Source of the DNA: Ruditapes philippinarum
Lineage: Eukaryota
Assembly (NCBI RefSeq): GCF_026571515.1
Contig: NW_026866838.1
Span: forward strand, 434,001-498,000
Reading direction: 5' to 3'
DNA length: 64,000 nt
Made by a program: the position numbers and the translations under genes. The notes below the pieces were generated by a model that saw nothing but the letters and a program-made list of their open reading frames with translations, was not told where the DNA came from and made no database searches. Positions 52,123 to 64,000 of this stretch are shown here, piece by piece (position 1 is the stretch's first letter; the number at the start of each line of letters is the position of its first letter).

Positions 52123-52547
52123 CAGTGTTGCATCTGGAATTTAAAATTATTGGGGATTGTCCCCCACTCAACTGAAAAATGTGGGGGATTTGGAAAATGT
52201 GTCAGGCATACATTTACCTTACAATATGACGTACCGATTTATTTAACTTTAAGGCATTTTTGACAGCTATCGTGCGCTCAAAAACGGAAGTAGAAAAAAA
52301 TAAAATATTGACAAATACTACAAAACACACGCGACATGACCCAGTCTGCTGCTACACGCGATTTAGTACATATTTTAGTCATAACCCGGAGTGAAAACAA
52401 ACATGGCTGAAGCATTCAATATACGATGAAGATAAACTGAATTAAGTTGAAAAGATCGTCATATGCACGATTGGCCCGCATTGACTTCATTAAAATGCGC
52501 GATCTGCATAAAAAATGCTCAAATCGCGTGGCCTAGATGCAACACCG
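52123..52547. mobile_element. hAT-like MITE
   Basis: TIRs CAGTGTTGCATCTGG / CCTAGATGCAACACCG; TSD not clearly preserved. Confidence 0.55.
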
Positions 52548-54164
52548 AATCACAGTATCTAGTTGGTGTTTATGAAATGATAATAGATGAAAAACAATAT
52601 CATTGTTATATAATATTCATTCAAATAGACATTATCCTTACTCGGGAAATGTGGGTTTTCCCCACATGATCCGTAGATACAAACAGACTTTTACCGCTAT
52701 AGCTTCATGGTGCACTACCCGTCACAAGAGAATTGTGAACCTTTACCTTATTTTCCAAGCTGTAACTGTAAAAGTTTGTTTATAACTACAGATTAACCTA
52801 ACAAAAACCCCAAATAGTCTTAATTCTGGAGATAGTCTATTAATTTGAAAGTCAGTCCTACATAATCGGCTATATATTGACAATTATTCATACATTTTCT
52901 AAAATTGACATTCAAGTCTCTGCCCATTTCTACAGTTTTAGTTACGATATGATTTTATTAAGTGAGTTATAGCACTTATTAACTGTTGCACATATATGTC
53001 ATGTGATAGTTATGGCACATTTCCTGCAATAAATTTTTTTTCACATTTGTTACGTGTGATTTTGATAGAGCAAAAAAAATTTAAAATTAATGAAAATATT
53101 TCTATCTATCCATCTAGCAATAACAGCAGTGAGCAATAGGCTTACAACAGTAAAATGTTACTATTAAGAAGTCTATTCATCATGTACATGTATGGTGATA
53201 TCAACTGTATAAAAAATATCTTTCATACATAAAATACATGAAATGACAAAATAATAATTTGTAAACAAAAAATGAAGACCAAAGATAAGCCACAAGCAAA
53301 AACTAAAAAAGCAAAAGCTCTACTTTCCTTTTATTAAACTACATTGTGTAGATTTGAAATTCTATAAAGATTGCCAAAGTTAGGAAATTTTTTAGAAATA
53401 AATAAAAAATTTAAATATAAAATTTACAAGGTACTGGCATAATGTGATAAATCTCAGCTTTGTGACATATAGATTGTTTTTCTGAGCAATATAATGTGTT
53501 CCTCTCTTCTTCTGCTGCAGCATCAAATATGCTGACATCACTTCCTCTTTGATTTGATTGGTTCCCAGTAATATCAAAGCCAGCCAATCAATATCAAGTA
53601 TTCAAACTGAGGCTAAGGCAGGTACACCTGGTTCCCTAAAATCTAATTCCTCCATTGTTATGGATCTAAACACAATCATGTATGAACATTTCACTTCCAT
53701 GTATAAATCTAAACAGTGCTTGCAAAAACTGGCAAGGTTCTTCATGTCTTAAATCTGTTAAAATTCTACTAATCTATAAATAAATTTCAAGATGGGCATG
53801 GATGTAAAGATTCCCTTCCTTGCAAGCATTAATTCCCAGTATACCAAAAAAAAACCTATTCCGGAATATCTAAATTTAGACATGATGTAATTCATATCTA
53901 GCTGCCACTGATTCAATATAACTTAAAAAAAATCATCCACCAGCACTAACAATATTAACTATGACTAAGAGAGGCATTTCTTTCCTTAAAAAATTAATTC
54001 CTTGTACAAAAAAAAAACTTCTTTGCAGATGTTGCTATGGCAAGTTGAAACTCCATTCCTGCTGCCATGGTTTCCATTTGTTCTAGAAATTGACCAATCA
54101 TTACTGAGATGAAATTCAATTCCGGTTTCCATTGGTTCCCTTTGTTGTACCAATTGACCAATCA

Positions 54165-57100
54165 TTATTGAGGATCTGGATTTAAACATGATGAAATCCC
54201 TCTCCAGCTTCGGCTGGTTCCCTGAACTCTGAGTGCCAGCCATTCGTTTGGATTGGATACATGGCTAATTTTGTCCTCACTTTCATACACTGATCTCTCA
54301 CCTTGAATATAATCCATTGAATTGTATTCACCTGTAAAGTAAAATGTAATATTATAAGAATCTTACACCGGCTGCCGGTACAGACCGGAATATCTAGCTC
54401 GAGGGTAACTGTTTACAGCGGTAACGAGGCTCTGCCGAGTTTCCGCTAAACAGTTACCCGAGCGCTAGATATTCCCGTCTGTACCAACAGCCGGTGTTTG
54501 TTTCTTTTTCTTGCATATTAAATGTCAATTATTTTCTGAACAGAAATTATGAAAACTGATAGTCTCATTACGCACTTTTTTCTTATAGAAGCGTATGAAC
54601 ATTCAACTTCATTCATAAATGACGTCATCCTAAGAACGCGATTCATTCATAAAAGGCGCGCGTCAATGACGTCATTTGAAGCTCGCAACTTGTCTTACAT
54701 GGGGGGTGTAAGACAGAGTTTTCTAGCACCAATGTAAACGGTAGATAATCCTGTCTGAGATGCAAGAAAAAAATAAATATAATATTGTAGGTTACCAAAT
54801 AAAATCTATCTGGGTTGTAAACTTCCAATTATCATTATTTATATATGTATTTTGACAGTAAAATGCCATAAAAGTTTTTCTAAAATCGGCAAATAATTAA
54901 TATTTAAATGCAAATATAGCTAAAATGGTTGAGATATTTACATTTTGTAAAAAAAAAGGTACTATCAATTAAGATTAAGAATATTTTGGAAAAACTGCTC
55001 TTTTCTTGTTCACAGCAAAAAAGTGTGAAATTTCAAGTCAATATCTTCATTGGTTACTTTCACAAAATGTTTTTGCAAGAGCTATTGGTTTTGGACAGCA
55101 ACCTATCATTTCTGACCATATGTTTAGTTTTGAGTCAATACTTTCAGCAGTAAATGAGCCTCCTCACCAAGTGTCACTCGGTTACTGACACCAGGGCTAA
55201 TACAGAAGCCACACTACTCCTTTATTTATTAACATAATCCAATTAAAAAATAAATCTTACTATTTTCAGACGCAGATCCTCTGAACTTGCTGGAAGATCG
55301 CTTGAATGGCTGCTTCATTAGGATAAGCACAACACCACTGAGTGTTTTAAGTACTGGCAGATCTAGAATGCTTTGTTGTACCGTTTCCATGACAATACTC
55401 TGATGTAACCATGACTTCATGTACTTTACATCACAACCTAGTTGACATGCCCCTGTGTAACTGTGGTAATGAGAGCATAACAAAAATTATGAAATATTTT
55501 CAGCATCCATGATTATTCAAACTGCCAAGAAAAGTTCAAGATTTTTTTTATATGAAATTTCTGTTTATGAGCCCTGTCTATCCATCATTCCTAGTTTATC
55601 ACCAGTATAACTTCCACCATGCTGTTACAATACTTGCCATGTCTTGATCTAAATTTCAAATTGATCATTCTTAGGAAAATTTTTAAACTAAAATTCTTGG
55701 GCGATTTCAATACTAAAATTCTTTTCAGTGCTAAAATTTTCAATTCTTAGCCATATTCAATACTAAAATTGTCCGTCATTTGCCAATTGCGATACTAAAA
55801 TAATAAGTAAAATTGTCCATTCTTAGCCATATTCAATACTAAAATTGTCCATTATTTGCCAATTTGGATACTTAAATTGTCCATTCTTAGCCAATTTCAA
55901 TACAAAAATTATCCATTCTTAGCCAATTTCAATGTAAAATTGTCCATTCTTAGCCAATATCAATACAGAAATTTACCTTTCTTAGCTAATTTTAATACTA
56001 AAATTGTCCATTCTTAATCCAATTTCAATACTAAAATTTCCACTATTGCAAATTTCAATACAGTAATTAGCAAACTCTTATCATCACTTATTCCATCTGA
56101 CAAAAAACAAAACAAAACATTACTAGACATTTTTCATACCAATATATGAAAATAACAAAATTGGATTAATCTTAATAAAAATTTCAAAAATACAGACCTA
56201 AATTTGATTTTTTTCCTGATATAAATACATCCATGCCTACCAGTCCTCAGTTGAATGGAATAACACTGTTGTACCGCTCTTTAACTTGCTAAACCCCCTA
56301 AAATAGGTCTTTAAAAAGGTCTTAAGGCATGTTCATTATATTTTTTCCCATATTTTTGAAAATAAAAAATTTTATATTTTATTACCTTTGTACTGGGGGA
56401 TTGAATGGTTAAATTCAATACTAAAATTTTTTAAATGGGGGGTAAAATTTTTTTAACAATGGGTTTAAAAAATTTGTATGAACCTTAAACTTTTAAATTT
56501 TCTTTATCCCTTACCCAAAAAAATTTTTAAATTTAAAAAAAAAATTTTTCAAAAGGGCCACCCTAGTAAAGTAAAAATTAAACCTCTTTTACCTAAAGGG
56601 CACAACGCCACACACACACATAATTCTTGGTCCCAAAACCCTTTTTTATCAAAAAAACCCCAATTTTTGGGTTTTTTTCCACATTTATTGAATGGCCTTT
56701 TTATTTTTTTAAAATTTTCAATATCTTATCATTTGGATTTTATATTTCTAAATACATTGCTGATTCTAAATAGATTTACATATGATACAAACATTACAGA
56801 TTAAAAATAATTTCAGCTTTTGAGCTAAGTCATTTAACTCATAGCCTGCTTGCATCAACGCATTTTCCTTATGCTGTCTCATTATGGTCTGCTCTGATTG
56901 CTATTAAGTCAATGCTTACTTTGAAAATTTCCCTAAAAATAATAAATGGTTTAATCCATACTCAAAGATGGACAAGTCCAGTAAAAATATTTAGCAGGGT
57001 AGGTGTTAACCATGTTCTGCATGTACAGATATATTCAACAAAGGCAGTAACTATTTAATACACTACATGTGGTGAAGTTTTCAAAAAATGACATCAAAGA

Positions 57101-60100
57101 TTTGCCATAATCACTTTCTAAATTTTTTAAAAAAGTCCCTGGTTTACTAATAAAAAAGTTTATTTGCCAACTTACTCTTTACTAGAAACCAGAAAGGGTT
57201 TCCTAAATATCTGATATAGAGAAAATAACAACCCAACAAAAGTTTGTTTTGTTTTCGTAAAAAGAGTTCAAATTTTGAATATTACATAAGATTGCAATCC
57301 TTGGCACTTCAAATCAAAACATGATTAAGTGATAATCTGCAACTTCAATTTTCAATTACGTTTTAGATATTTTTTTGATATTATTTCAAGAAATTTTATG
57401 TAAATACAATTGATATGAATCCTGGCATAGTTACCTGCTTCTGGTTTTTTCCTCCACACTTTTCCAACTGGCATATTGCCTTTGAAATATTCCATCGCAG
57501 AACTCGTACAATTTCTTGAGAATTGTTTCATACTAAGGCTAGACAGTCCCTGAAAACATACAGAAACAATGTTGTGTTAATTTGGAAGGCACAGATAGAT
57601 GAACAGTGAGATTTTAATAAGCCACCCTTTTGGGGGCATAACAAAGTATCTTTATGACATTGAAAAAAATATCTTTCTGTATTCGATTTAACGACCTTTT
57701 TATCTTTCTGGTTATATAGAAAATAAAAGTTTGTTATATTGAACACTATCATGCTTAATACTTTAATTGGATTGATGATACTAATACTCTCAGTCTGATT
57801 GTTTGACCTGGTTTCTAGGCCAATGCTGAAACGTTTTTTGGTCAATATATCTGCGGCTCATCCAGCTAACCAGCTTTCCTGGCTAACTAACCAGTAATTA
57901 TCAATACCTCAACAAGTGACCCTCTACTAAAACCACATGATTTCTTAATCAACGACAAGAGAGACCAACTATCATAAGTCTGAGACTCCGAATGTCAGAG
58001 ATCAATTGTCGCAAAGAAATTATGCCTCTCCCGAGGATCAATCCAGTTTCCCCGGGATTACAAACTGGTAGCTCTCTCTATTTAGCTTAGTGGGCAGACT
58101 GTAACAATCGACTAAAGCTTACTTTCAACTATCAGTGCTTTAAAATACTAAAGAAGTAACTGCTCAAGAAGAGGATAATAATTACCTGTAGACTGTCCAT
58201 TATTGTACTGAGCTGGTTTGCGATCTGACCTAATCCTATGACCGAATCGTGACCTACTTTTGATGACAGGGACTTGGAGACCATCTGAGTTTGGTATAGA
58301 GCAGATCGGGACTCGTCAATCAAAATCTGAAAAATTTTTTTTTTATAAAATTTACAAAAAATATATATCATATCCCAAAATTTTAAGGGAGAACTTAATG
58401 GTCTTCCTGCTGATTAATTTTTTTTATCTAAGAACAATTAATTCTTTATTGTAAAGCTTCTGTTCAATCTTAAAATAAATCTTAATAGATGGTTTAAAGG
58501 GTATAAAGCTATATCTGACGAAATATTTTTATAAAATTTATAAATGGTAAAATTATGTTGTTTTGAACACTTTATGATCATTTCTCAAAGGATAACATAG
58601 AATTTTTCGGTAATCTAACACACATAAAGCTGTATGTAAAATGGATAAAATGTTCCGGAACAAAATATTATGGTGTTATCTAAAACAACTTTTTAAACCA
58701 TTACGCAATGATTTTATGCATGCGCGATTACCTCAAAAGGAAATAAACGAACATATTTCTTTCATACGAAATTAGAATTATTCTTTTTCAAAATTCAAAC
58801 AAAAAATTTGAAAACTAAAGGCAGCAGAGATATAGATTTATACACTTTAACACTCATCAGATAAACAAATAAGGACAAAGGAAAGGCTACTTCAGTAACA
58901 TAGAAGACAACGCAATTTCTAAATACCTCTCGACTTTACAAGGATTGATAATAATTCATATTTGGAATATCTATTGGTGAGCCAAGTTAGTCAGTGACTG
59001 ACCCACTCAGTCGGTCAAATTTTTATAATACCTCAATTCATGAATGTAATTTAATGTAAAGTCCTACCTACATTTTTTTTTAAATCTGAAGCACAAGAAC
59101 AATTAATTTTTCATTTTTAGTAAAAACGATTAAATTACCTTTAAGTCAGTTTGCGAAATGAGCAGGAAGTTGCCAATGGCCATTGATGCCAGATATTGAT
59201 GTGTTTTATTACGACACCATAGCAACGAAACACTAGATGTCGCCACCAGTCTTGATGCCACGGCAACCATCTCATTTACAGATGCTGGTAAACCTGAAAT
59301 ACAAGAAAAATTGCCAATTTATACATACAAACGACACTTTAAAAACATCATCTTTCGAGGTTAAGGTCATTTTTCTTTAGATTGGAATAAAGCAGACTGT
59401 CGGGTCAAGGCAAAGGCAAAACTACCATAATCTAATTAACTTAAAGATGAAATATAAAATAATATTGCTATCATGACCTAATGAACTATTGCAATAAAAC
59501 TTTGTATTGTATTGGAATCAATTCTTTACCCTCTTCAAATTGCTTCAGTGAAAACAACACATCATATTTCATGTAAACATTGTGACATACATACATCGGT
59601 AAATCAAATGATACAACATTCTGCTTGTAGAGATAGCATGAAATCAGTATGTAATAAACCATCCATCCTTTGCCAAATTTCATTGTTTTGCTTAGTTTTA
59701 ATGTTCTTTTATGTAATACAAACATTATGATAGTCTTATGGCAACTTTCAAGCTATACTGGTGGAAAAAAAGTCCAGGCACCCCTCCGCATTTTTCAGGG
59801 CACAAAAAGGCCAACTCTATTGAAAACTGAAATTCAAAGATCCCACAAGAGTCTCAAACACTCACCCCCTGGGGCCGGATCGGTGTTTTCACCAAGGTTT
59901 TCTCTGAGCAGGTTGAGCACCGGTTGGAAAGTATCTCGTAATAGCATTCCGGTTCTCGTACTGTAATCTCCGTCCACTAGAGGGCAGGGGTAACATTTGT
60001 CACGTCGATTAGAGGCTAGTGCTTCACACATCACTGAAAAAATCATTCATATTTTTATATAAAATCAAAATAGATTAAAACTTTTCAAAAGACAATCTGG

Positions 60101-61534
60101 TCACTAAGGCTAAGCCACAATGCAAAGTACAGTTTTCGTTCATTTGAATTGTTTTACAGGCTTCTACACCAATTTATAATTAACATAGCCTATGCTAGGG
60201 GGCATGAGGGATGTTGCACTTATTCATAATCCCTCATGTACAGACTCAATCAAACAGAGCCTGCAATCATAATGTAATTTTGTTGTGATTAATGCTTCCG
60301 AGGGATCACTTTGTTTCCAGATTTTTTTGGTCATATCTCGGCAATTGATTGCCTTATAATTATGCTCTCCTGGATAATTAACTAGTGATACCCACTATCT
60401 CCCCAAGTTACAGATTCCCAATCTTACATGATTTCTGAATCAGCAGTGAACAAATATAACCATTTAAGACTTTATGTCTGAGATCAACATTCAGGAAGAA
60501 ATTTCTCCTTGGCCAAGGAAAAAACACCTACAAAAAACATTTTCAAAGATACTAGTGAAGTATAGAACAAAGTATAGATTTTTTTAACTTGGAAACTTGC
60601 CTCCCAACTTGAAAGGAGCATAAAGTAAAATAATGACACTATTTTAGCTTTAATATTGCACTTATAGAACTAGGATTCCACATGCACATTTAATTTTCTT
60701 GTACATAGAGGATATTGAATGAGTGTAGGTTTAATACTAAATTTATTGAACGAGTTGAATAAAATCATAGTATGCGAGCCTCTGGCGAGCATAATATTGT
60801 TTTATTCAACGAGTTCAATAAATTTAGTATTGAATCTACACGAATATAATATTCTATTTATCACATATATAAAATAAGAACGGTAAACTGTTTAACAAGA
60901 GTCATAAATTTTTCTTTGACGCACCCTATAGTTGTTAACGGCTTAACTAGCGCCGCTTAACATGCTATGTTAAATAGTTGCAAATGACGGGACGTCAAAG
61001 TGTTATTACACTAGTGTAATTTCGTCTAGTGTAATATTGTTTTATTAAATGGCTTTATTACACTCCTGCGCCGCGGTTTATGTGATAAATGTAAATATAT
61101 ATAAAATCAAAAACACTAATTTAAATTTGCTGTAGCATTTGTCCTTGCAGCTTTCTTCAGCAGCATTTATTATACATACAAGGAGGCCGTAAGGTCAAAA
61201 GCTACAGCAAAGTTAAATTGACGTTTTTTTATTATATTTGGCAACTTAGAGATTTTATATAATTTGTATAGTTAAATTAGTACTTTTTATTATATACAGC
61301 AAGTTAGAGATTTTATATATTATATATGTGATTGCAGAGATTTCAAAACCTAATATTATTGGTCAGGCAACAGTGTAAAGAATGGTTGCATAGATCTACC
61401 AACATTAAAACTCCTACCTCATTTCTTGAAGGATTTAACAAACTTACTTGTATCCCAGGCTCCAAAGGCTGAAGTATGGAGACATTTTCTAGCTGCATTT
61501 AACATTGGTACGACACTACCAGGTGGGAACAAAT
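54165..61534 (-). CDS. CCDC142: Coiled-coil domain-containing protein 142, 3' part; exons 61448-61534, 59866-60033, 59139-59293, 58186-58326, 57435-57549, ~56198-56380 (garbled), 55261-55460, 54165-54331; possible micro-exon 62552-62584; 5' part probably outside the window
   Basis: Phase-consistent GT-AG exons. The peptides MPVGKVWRKK, AWM...KIKFSYTGACQLGCD, LPVLKTLSGVVLILMKQP and NPNEWLALR...SWRGISSCL match in order the CCDC142 C-terminal motifs I recall (MPRGRYWR, AWL..IRFSLQGALQL..D, LDGALLCLLQQP, WLALR..FSCL). Confidence 0.85.
54354..54770 (+). mobile_element. Hairpin-headed non-autonomous element (CGAG-loop-CGAG family)
   Basis: Hairpin ACACCGGCTG..CGAGGCTCTGCCGAG..CAGCCGGTGT followed by TTTTTCTTGCAT, whose inverse ATGCAAGAAAAA ends the element. 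Confidence 0.7.
55685..56062 (+). repeat. 32-bp minisatellite, ~11 copies, in a CCDC142 intron
   Basis: Unit TTCTTAGCCAATTTCAATACTAAAATTGTCCA. Confidence 0.9.
57865..58100 (-). mobile_element. Degenerate tRNA-derived SINE (related copies at ~43390-43580, ~48440-48570, ~60365-60520)
   Basis: Shared ACCAGTAATTA..., CATGATTTC..AATCAAC, GAGATCAAT and GAAATTATGCCTCTCC.GAG.ATC blocks, with an antisense tRNA-like head. Confidence 0.55.
60705..61090 (+). mobile_element. Hairpin-headed non-autonomous element (CGAG-loop-CGAG family)
   Basis: Starts ATAGAGGATATT; arms AATACTAAATTTATTGAAC..GTTGAATAAAA / TTTTATTCAAC..GTTCAATAAATTTAGTATT around CGAGCCTCTGGCGAG; then ATTTATCACAT, whose inverse ATGTGATAAAT ends the element. 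Confidence 0.7.
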
Positions 61535-63683
61535 CTGTAAAATATAAAAATTATCTCTACATTTACATTGGTAAAAGATTTGAACAAGTACCTTATTTAA
61601 CTGCCCATAAGACAAGTTATATAAAACAAGACTTTATAATAGCCAGTCTGTCTTGTTGATGAATGAATTATGGCCCTTGCTAGAACAATTAACACTCCAT
61701 TTTGGGGAATGTCTAATTATTCTTATATTAAGTTAAAATTCTTAAAATTTTGAAACATTTATGTTGAAAATTATCTTCAATATATTACAGAAGCCTGAAT
61801 TCATATATTGAGAGTAAATAATAAACAGTCTTATTTTATATATTGTAGTAAATAAAAATTCTCAACAAAAATTTAAAGTGTGTACAATTTAAATTGTCTG
61901 CTTCTATTGATTTTTTGTTGTTGTCCCCCCCTCACACAACTTCAAGGCCCTAAGCCTCTTCACAGTGTTATCAAAAACATCTCCTTAAACACTTTAATGT
62001 AATTTAATTAAAAAGAAGCATAGAAAGAGCTGAAGAGCTGTTGGAATAAAAATGATAACAGAACCCGATTAACCCTTAGCCATCAGGTGGCGGCGTAATC
62101 TACTCATGTGACCAGTGCAAACCAAGATCAGCCCGGTATATCCAGTAGGTATATCTGAGCCGTCTCATAATGGACTACTTTGTTCGCTTATTCTTTTTTT
62201 CATAATTTAGCCACTTAAATCTTTTTTTTTTGTGGAAGAGAATAACAATTATTCTACAAGTCTGAAAGGAATATTTATTCCAGGGATGTGTTCATTAATA
62301 TGTTCACATTATACACAGCGGGGAGTTACTTGTACAAGCAATTAGTGATAATTTTCTGTCTACTGTAAAGAGCTATACAGACTGCGGCCTTTTATGAATG
62401 TCAGACGTTTCCTCAAGAAAGTCTTATAATCGTACAATAATTATAAATAATAGATAACTACATTTCCATCAATGCAGCCCTGTTTATTATACAGTATATT
62501 TCCCTGACGGCATTAGAATGAGACCGTATAAGAGAGAAATGTAAGTTTTACTTGAGCCTAAATCCTTAGTACTCTCGCTGGGAGCTGAAATAATTTGTCT
62601 GTGACAATTTAATTTGTACAAGAAACAGAAGCATCATTAACTATATACTAGCATTTACCATGCTTAATCTAAATTTTATCCTGCCCACTCTAAATATCTT
62701 AAATGGACTTGTCCATCTTTCAATCTGGACAAAAACATTCATTAATTTGGGGGATTTTTTTTAATTGGTACTGACTGAGTAGCAATCATGGTTGTGATCT
62801 ATGAGGGGCTCAAACTAAATTATATATGGACTAAGCTGTAAACACCACTATATGCTAGAGGTTACTTTTGAAATTGTATCTTATTGTGATTTAAATTTGT
62901 TATACTTATTTTTCAATTGTCATACTTATTATTTTTCCATATTTATATATTCTTTCAACTCAAATTATCAAATTACTATACATATAATAATATGTCCAAT
63001 TTATTTCTTTATCTTTTATTATAATAATAAATATATGTATATCATAAGTAAGTTCTGTGTTCTTAAAGTTGCACATATCATAATACAAACAACACCTGTC
63101 ACCATGCAAAAAAACATGCACACCATAATTTGTGATTACATACACAAACCCATTCATATAACGCACTCTAGCAATGCAAACAACCCCAAAAGAGAAGCAC
63201 AAACAACATGCAACACAAGAAAATAATGAATATCAATTTTGCAAATTTCTAATTGATTATGTAACAAACCAAAGACGCATACAACTGATAACCCTAAAGC
63301 TGTTGAATTTCTTATACTTGTACTTATATTTTGCCTTCCATTTTTGAAACTGTTTATTATCAATATAGGATATAGAAGATGACAATTTCGAAAATAAGTC
63401 ACCCAACAGTATAGAGTCTGGTCAGACCCCATAAATGTGCAGACAGGCCTGGCTCTACACTGGTGGTAAAGGCTTATTTAATCTTCCTTATTTGGCTTCA
63501 AGCAGGATATGCTGGTAAAATATCTTTAAATATAGCACTACTATACATGTACTAGTATATATATCCACAGGAGCTTGACATTCTATCAATAATAGAAAAA
63601 TATAAGCAAATAATTAAGAAATAACGCCAAATATACCCCTCTATACTATAAATATTATAGAGCTGGGGGCGTTTCAATAATAA

Positions 63684-63917
63684 TGAGTCATGACAAAACC
63701 AACATAATGGGTTTGCGACCAGCATGGATCCAGACCAGCCTGCGCCTCTGCGCAGTCTGATAAGTATCCATACTGTTCGCTTACAAACCCTATTACAAGT
63801 AGAGCAACTGATAACGAACAGCAGGGATCCTGGTCAGACTGCGTGGATGTGCGCAGGCTGGTCTGGATCCATACTGGTCACAAACCCACTATGTTGGTTT
63901 TGTCATGACGCGGCTCA
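63684..63917. mobile_element. Palindromic MITE, same family as 2249-2485
   Basis: TCATGACAAAACCAACATA...TATGTTGGTTTTGTCATGACGCGGCTCA with internal GGATCCAGACCAGCCTG arms. Confidence 0.85.
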
Positions 63918-64000
63918 TTATATCGAATTAATAATATTTCTTGTTTATTTGAATATTTTTCAATTATTAATAGAATGTCAAGCTCCTGTGATATATCATA

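Noticed and set aside
58494-59144. Possible Kolobok/piggyBac element bounded by TTAA
   Set aside because: The putative termini are not inverted repeats of each other; the right TTAA is part of a CCDC142 exon next to its donor site.
62852-63432. Overlapping ORFs of 124, 80 and 92 aa
   Set aside because: AT-rich low-complexity composition, no recognisable motifs, and no phase-consistent splice link to CCDC142.

Overview
AT-rich, intron-containing animal genomic DNA. The repeat landscape (Helentron-associated HINEs, tRNA-derived SINEs, MITEs) suggests a bivalve mollusc, which is an inference. Reading splice sites by hand gives four protein-coding loci. (1) A complete 4-exon LSM1 gene on the minus strand (270-3608). 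(2) An apparently intronless, GPR161-like class A GPCR with a long C-terminal tail (+, 7639-10178), broken by two garbled, homopolymer-rich segments. (3) A 9-exon gene (+, 33632-47337) for a ~419-aa secreted protein built from three copies of an unnamed ~130-aa domain. (4) The 3' part of CCDC142 (-, 54165 to at least 61534). Gene-like remnants with in-frame stops lie at ~24.6-26.9 kb. The rest is dominated by transposons: a nested stack in one intron (Ginger-like TIR element containing a PIF/Harbinger element and a LINE 3' end), a full-length dead mariner, a CMC-like foldback element in the GPCR 3' region, P-like foldback MITEs, HINEs, SINEs and minisatellites. There is also a family of sequence-divergent long hairpins that share a CGAG-miniloop-CGAG apex. 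There are no prokaryotic features, and several short stretches look like low-quality consensus sequence.
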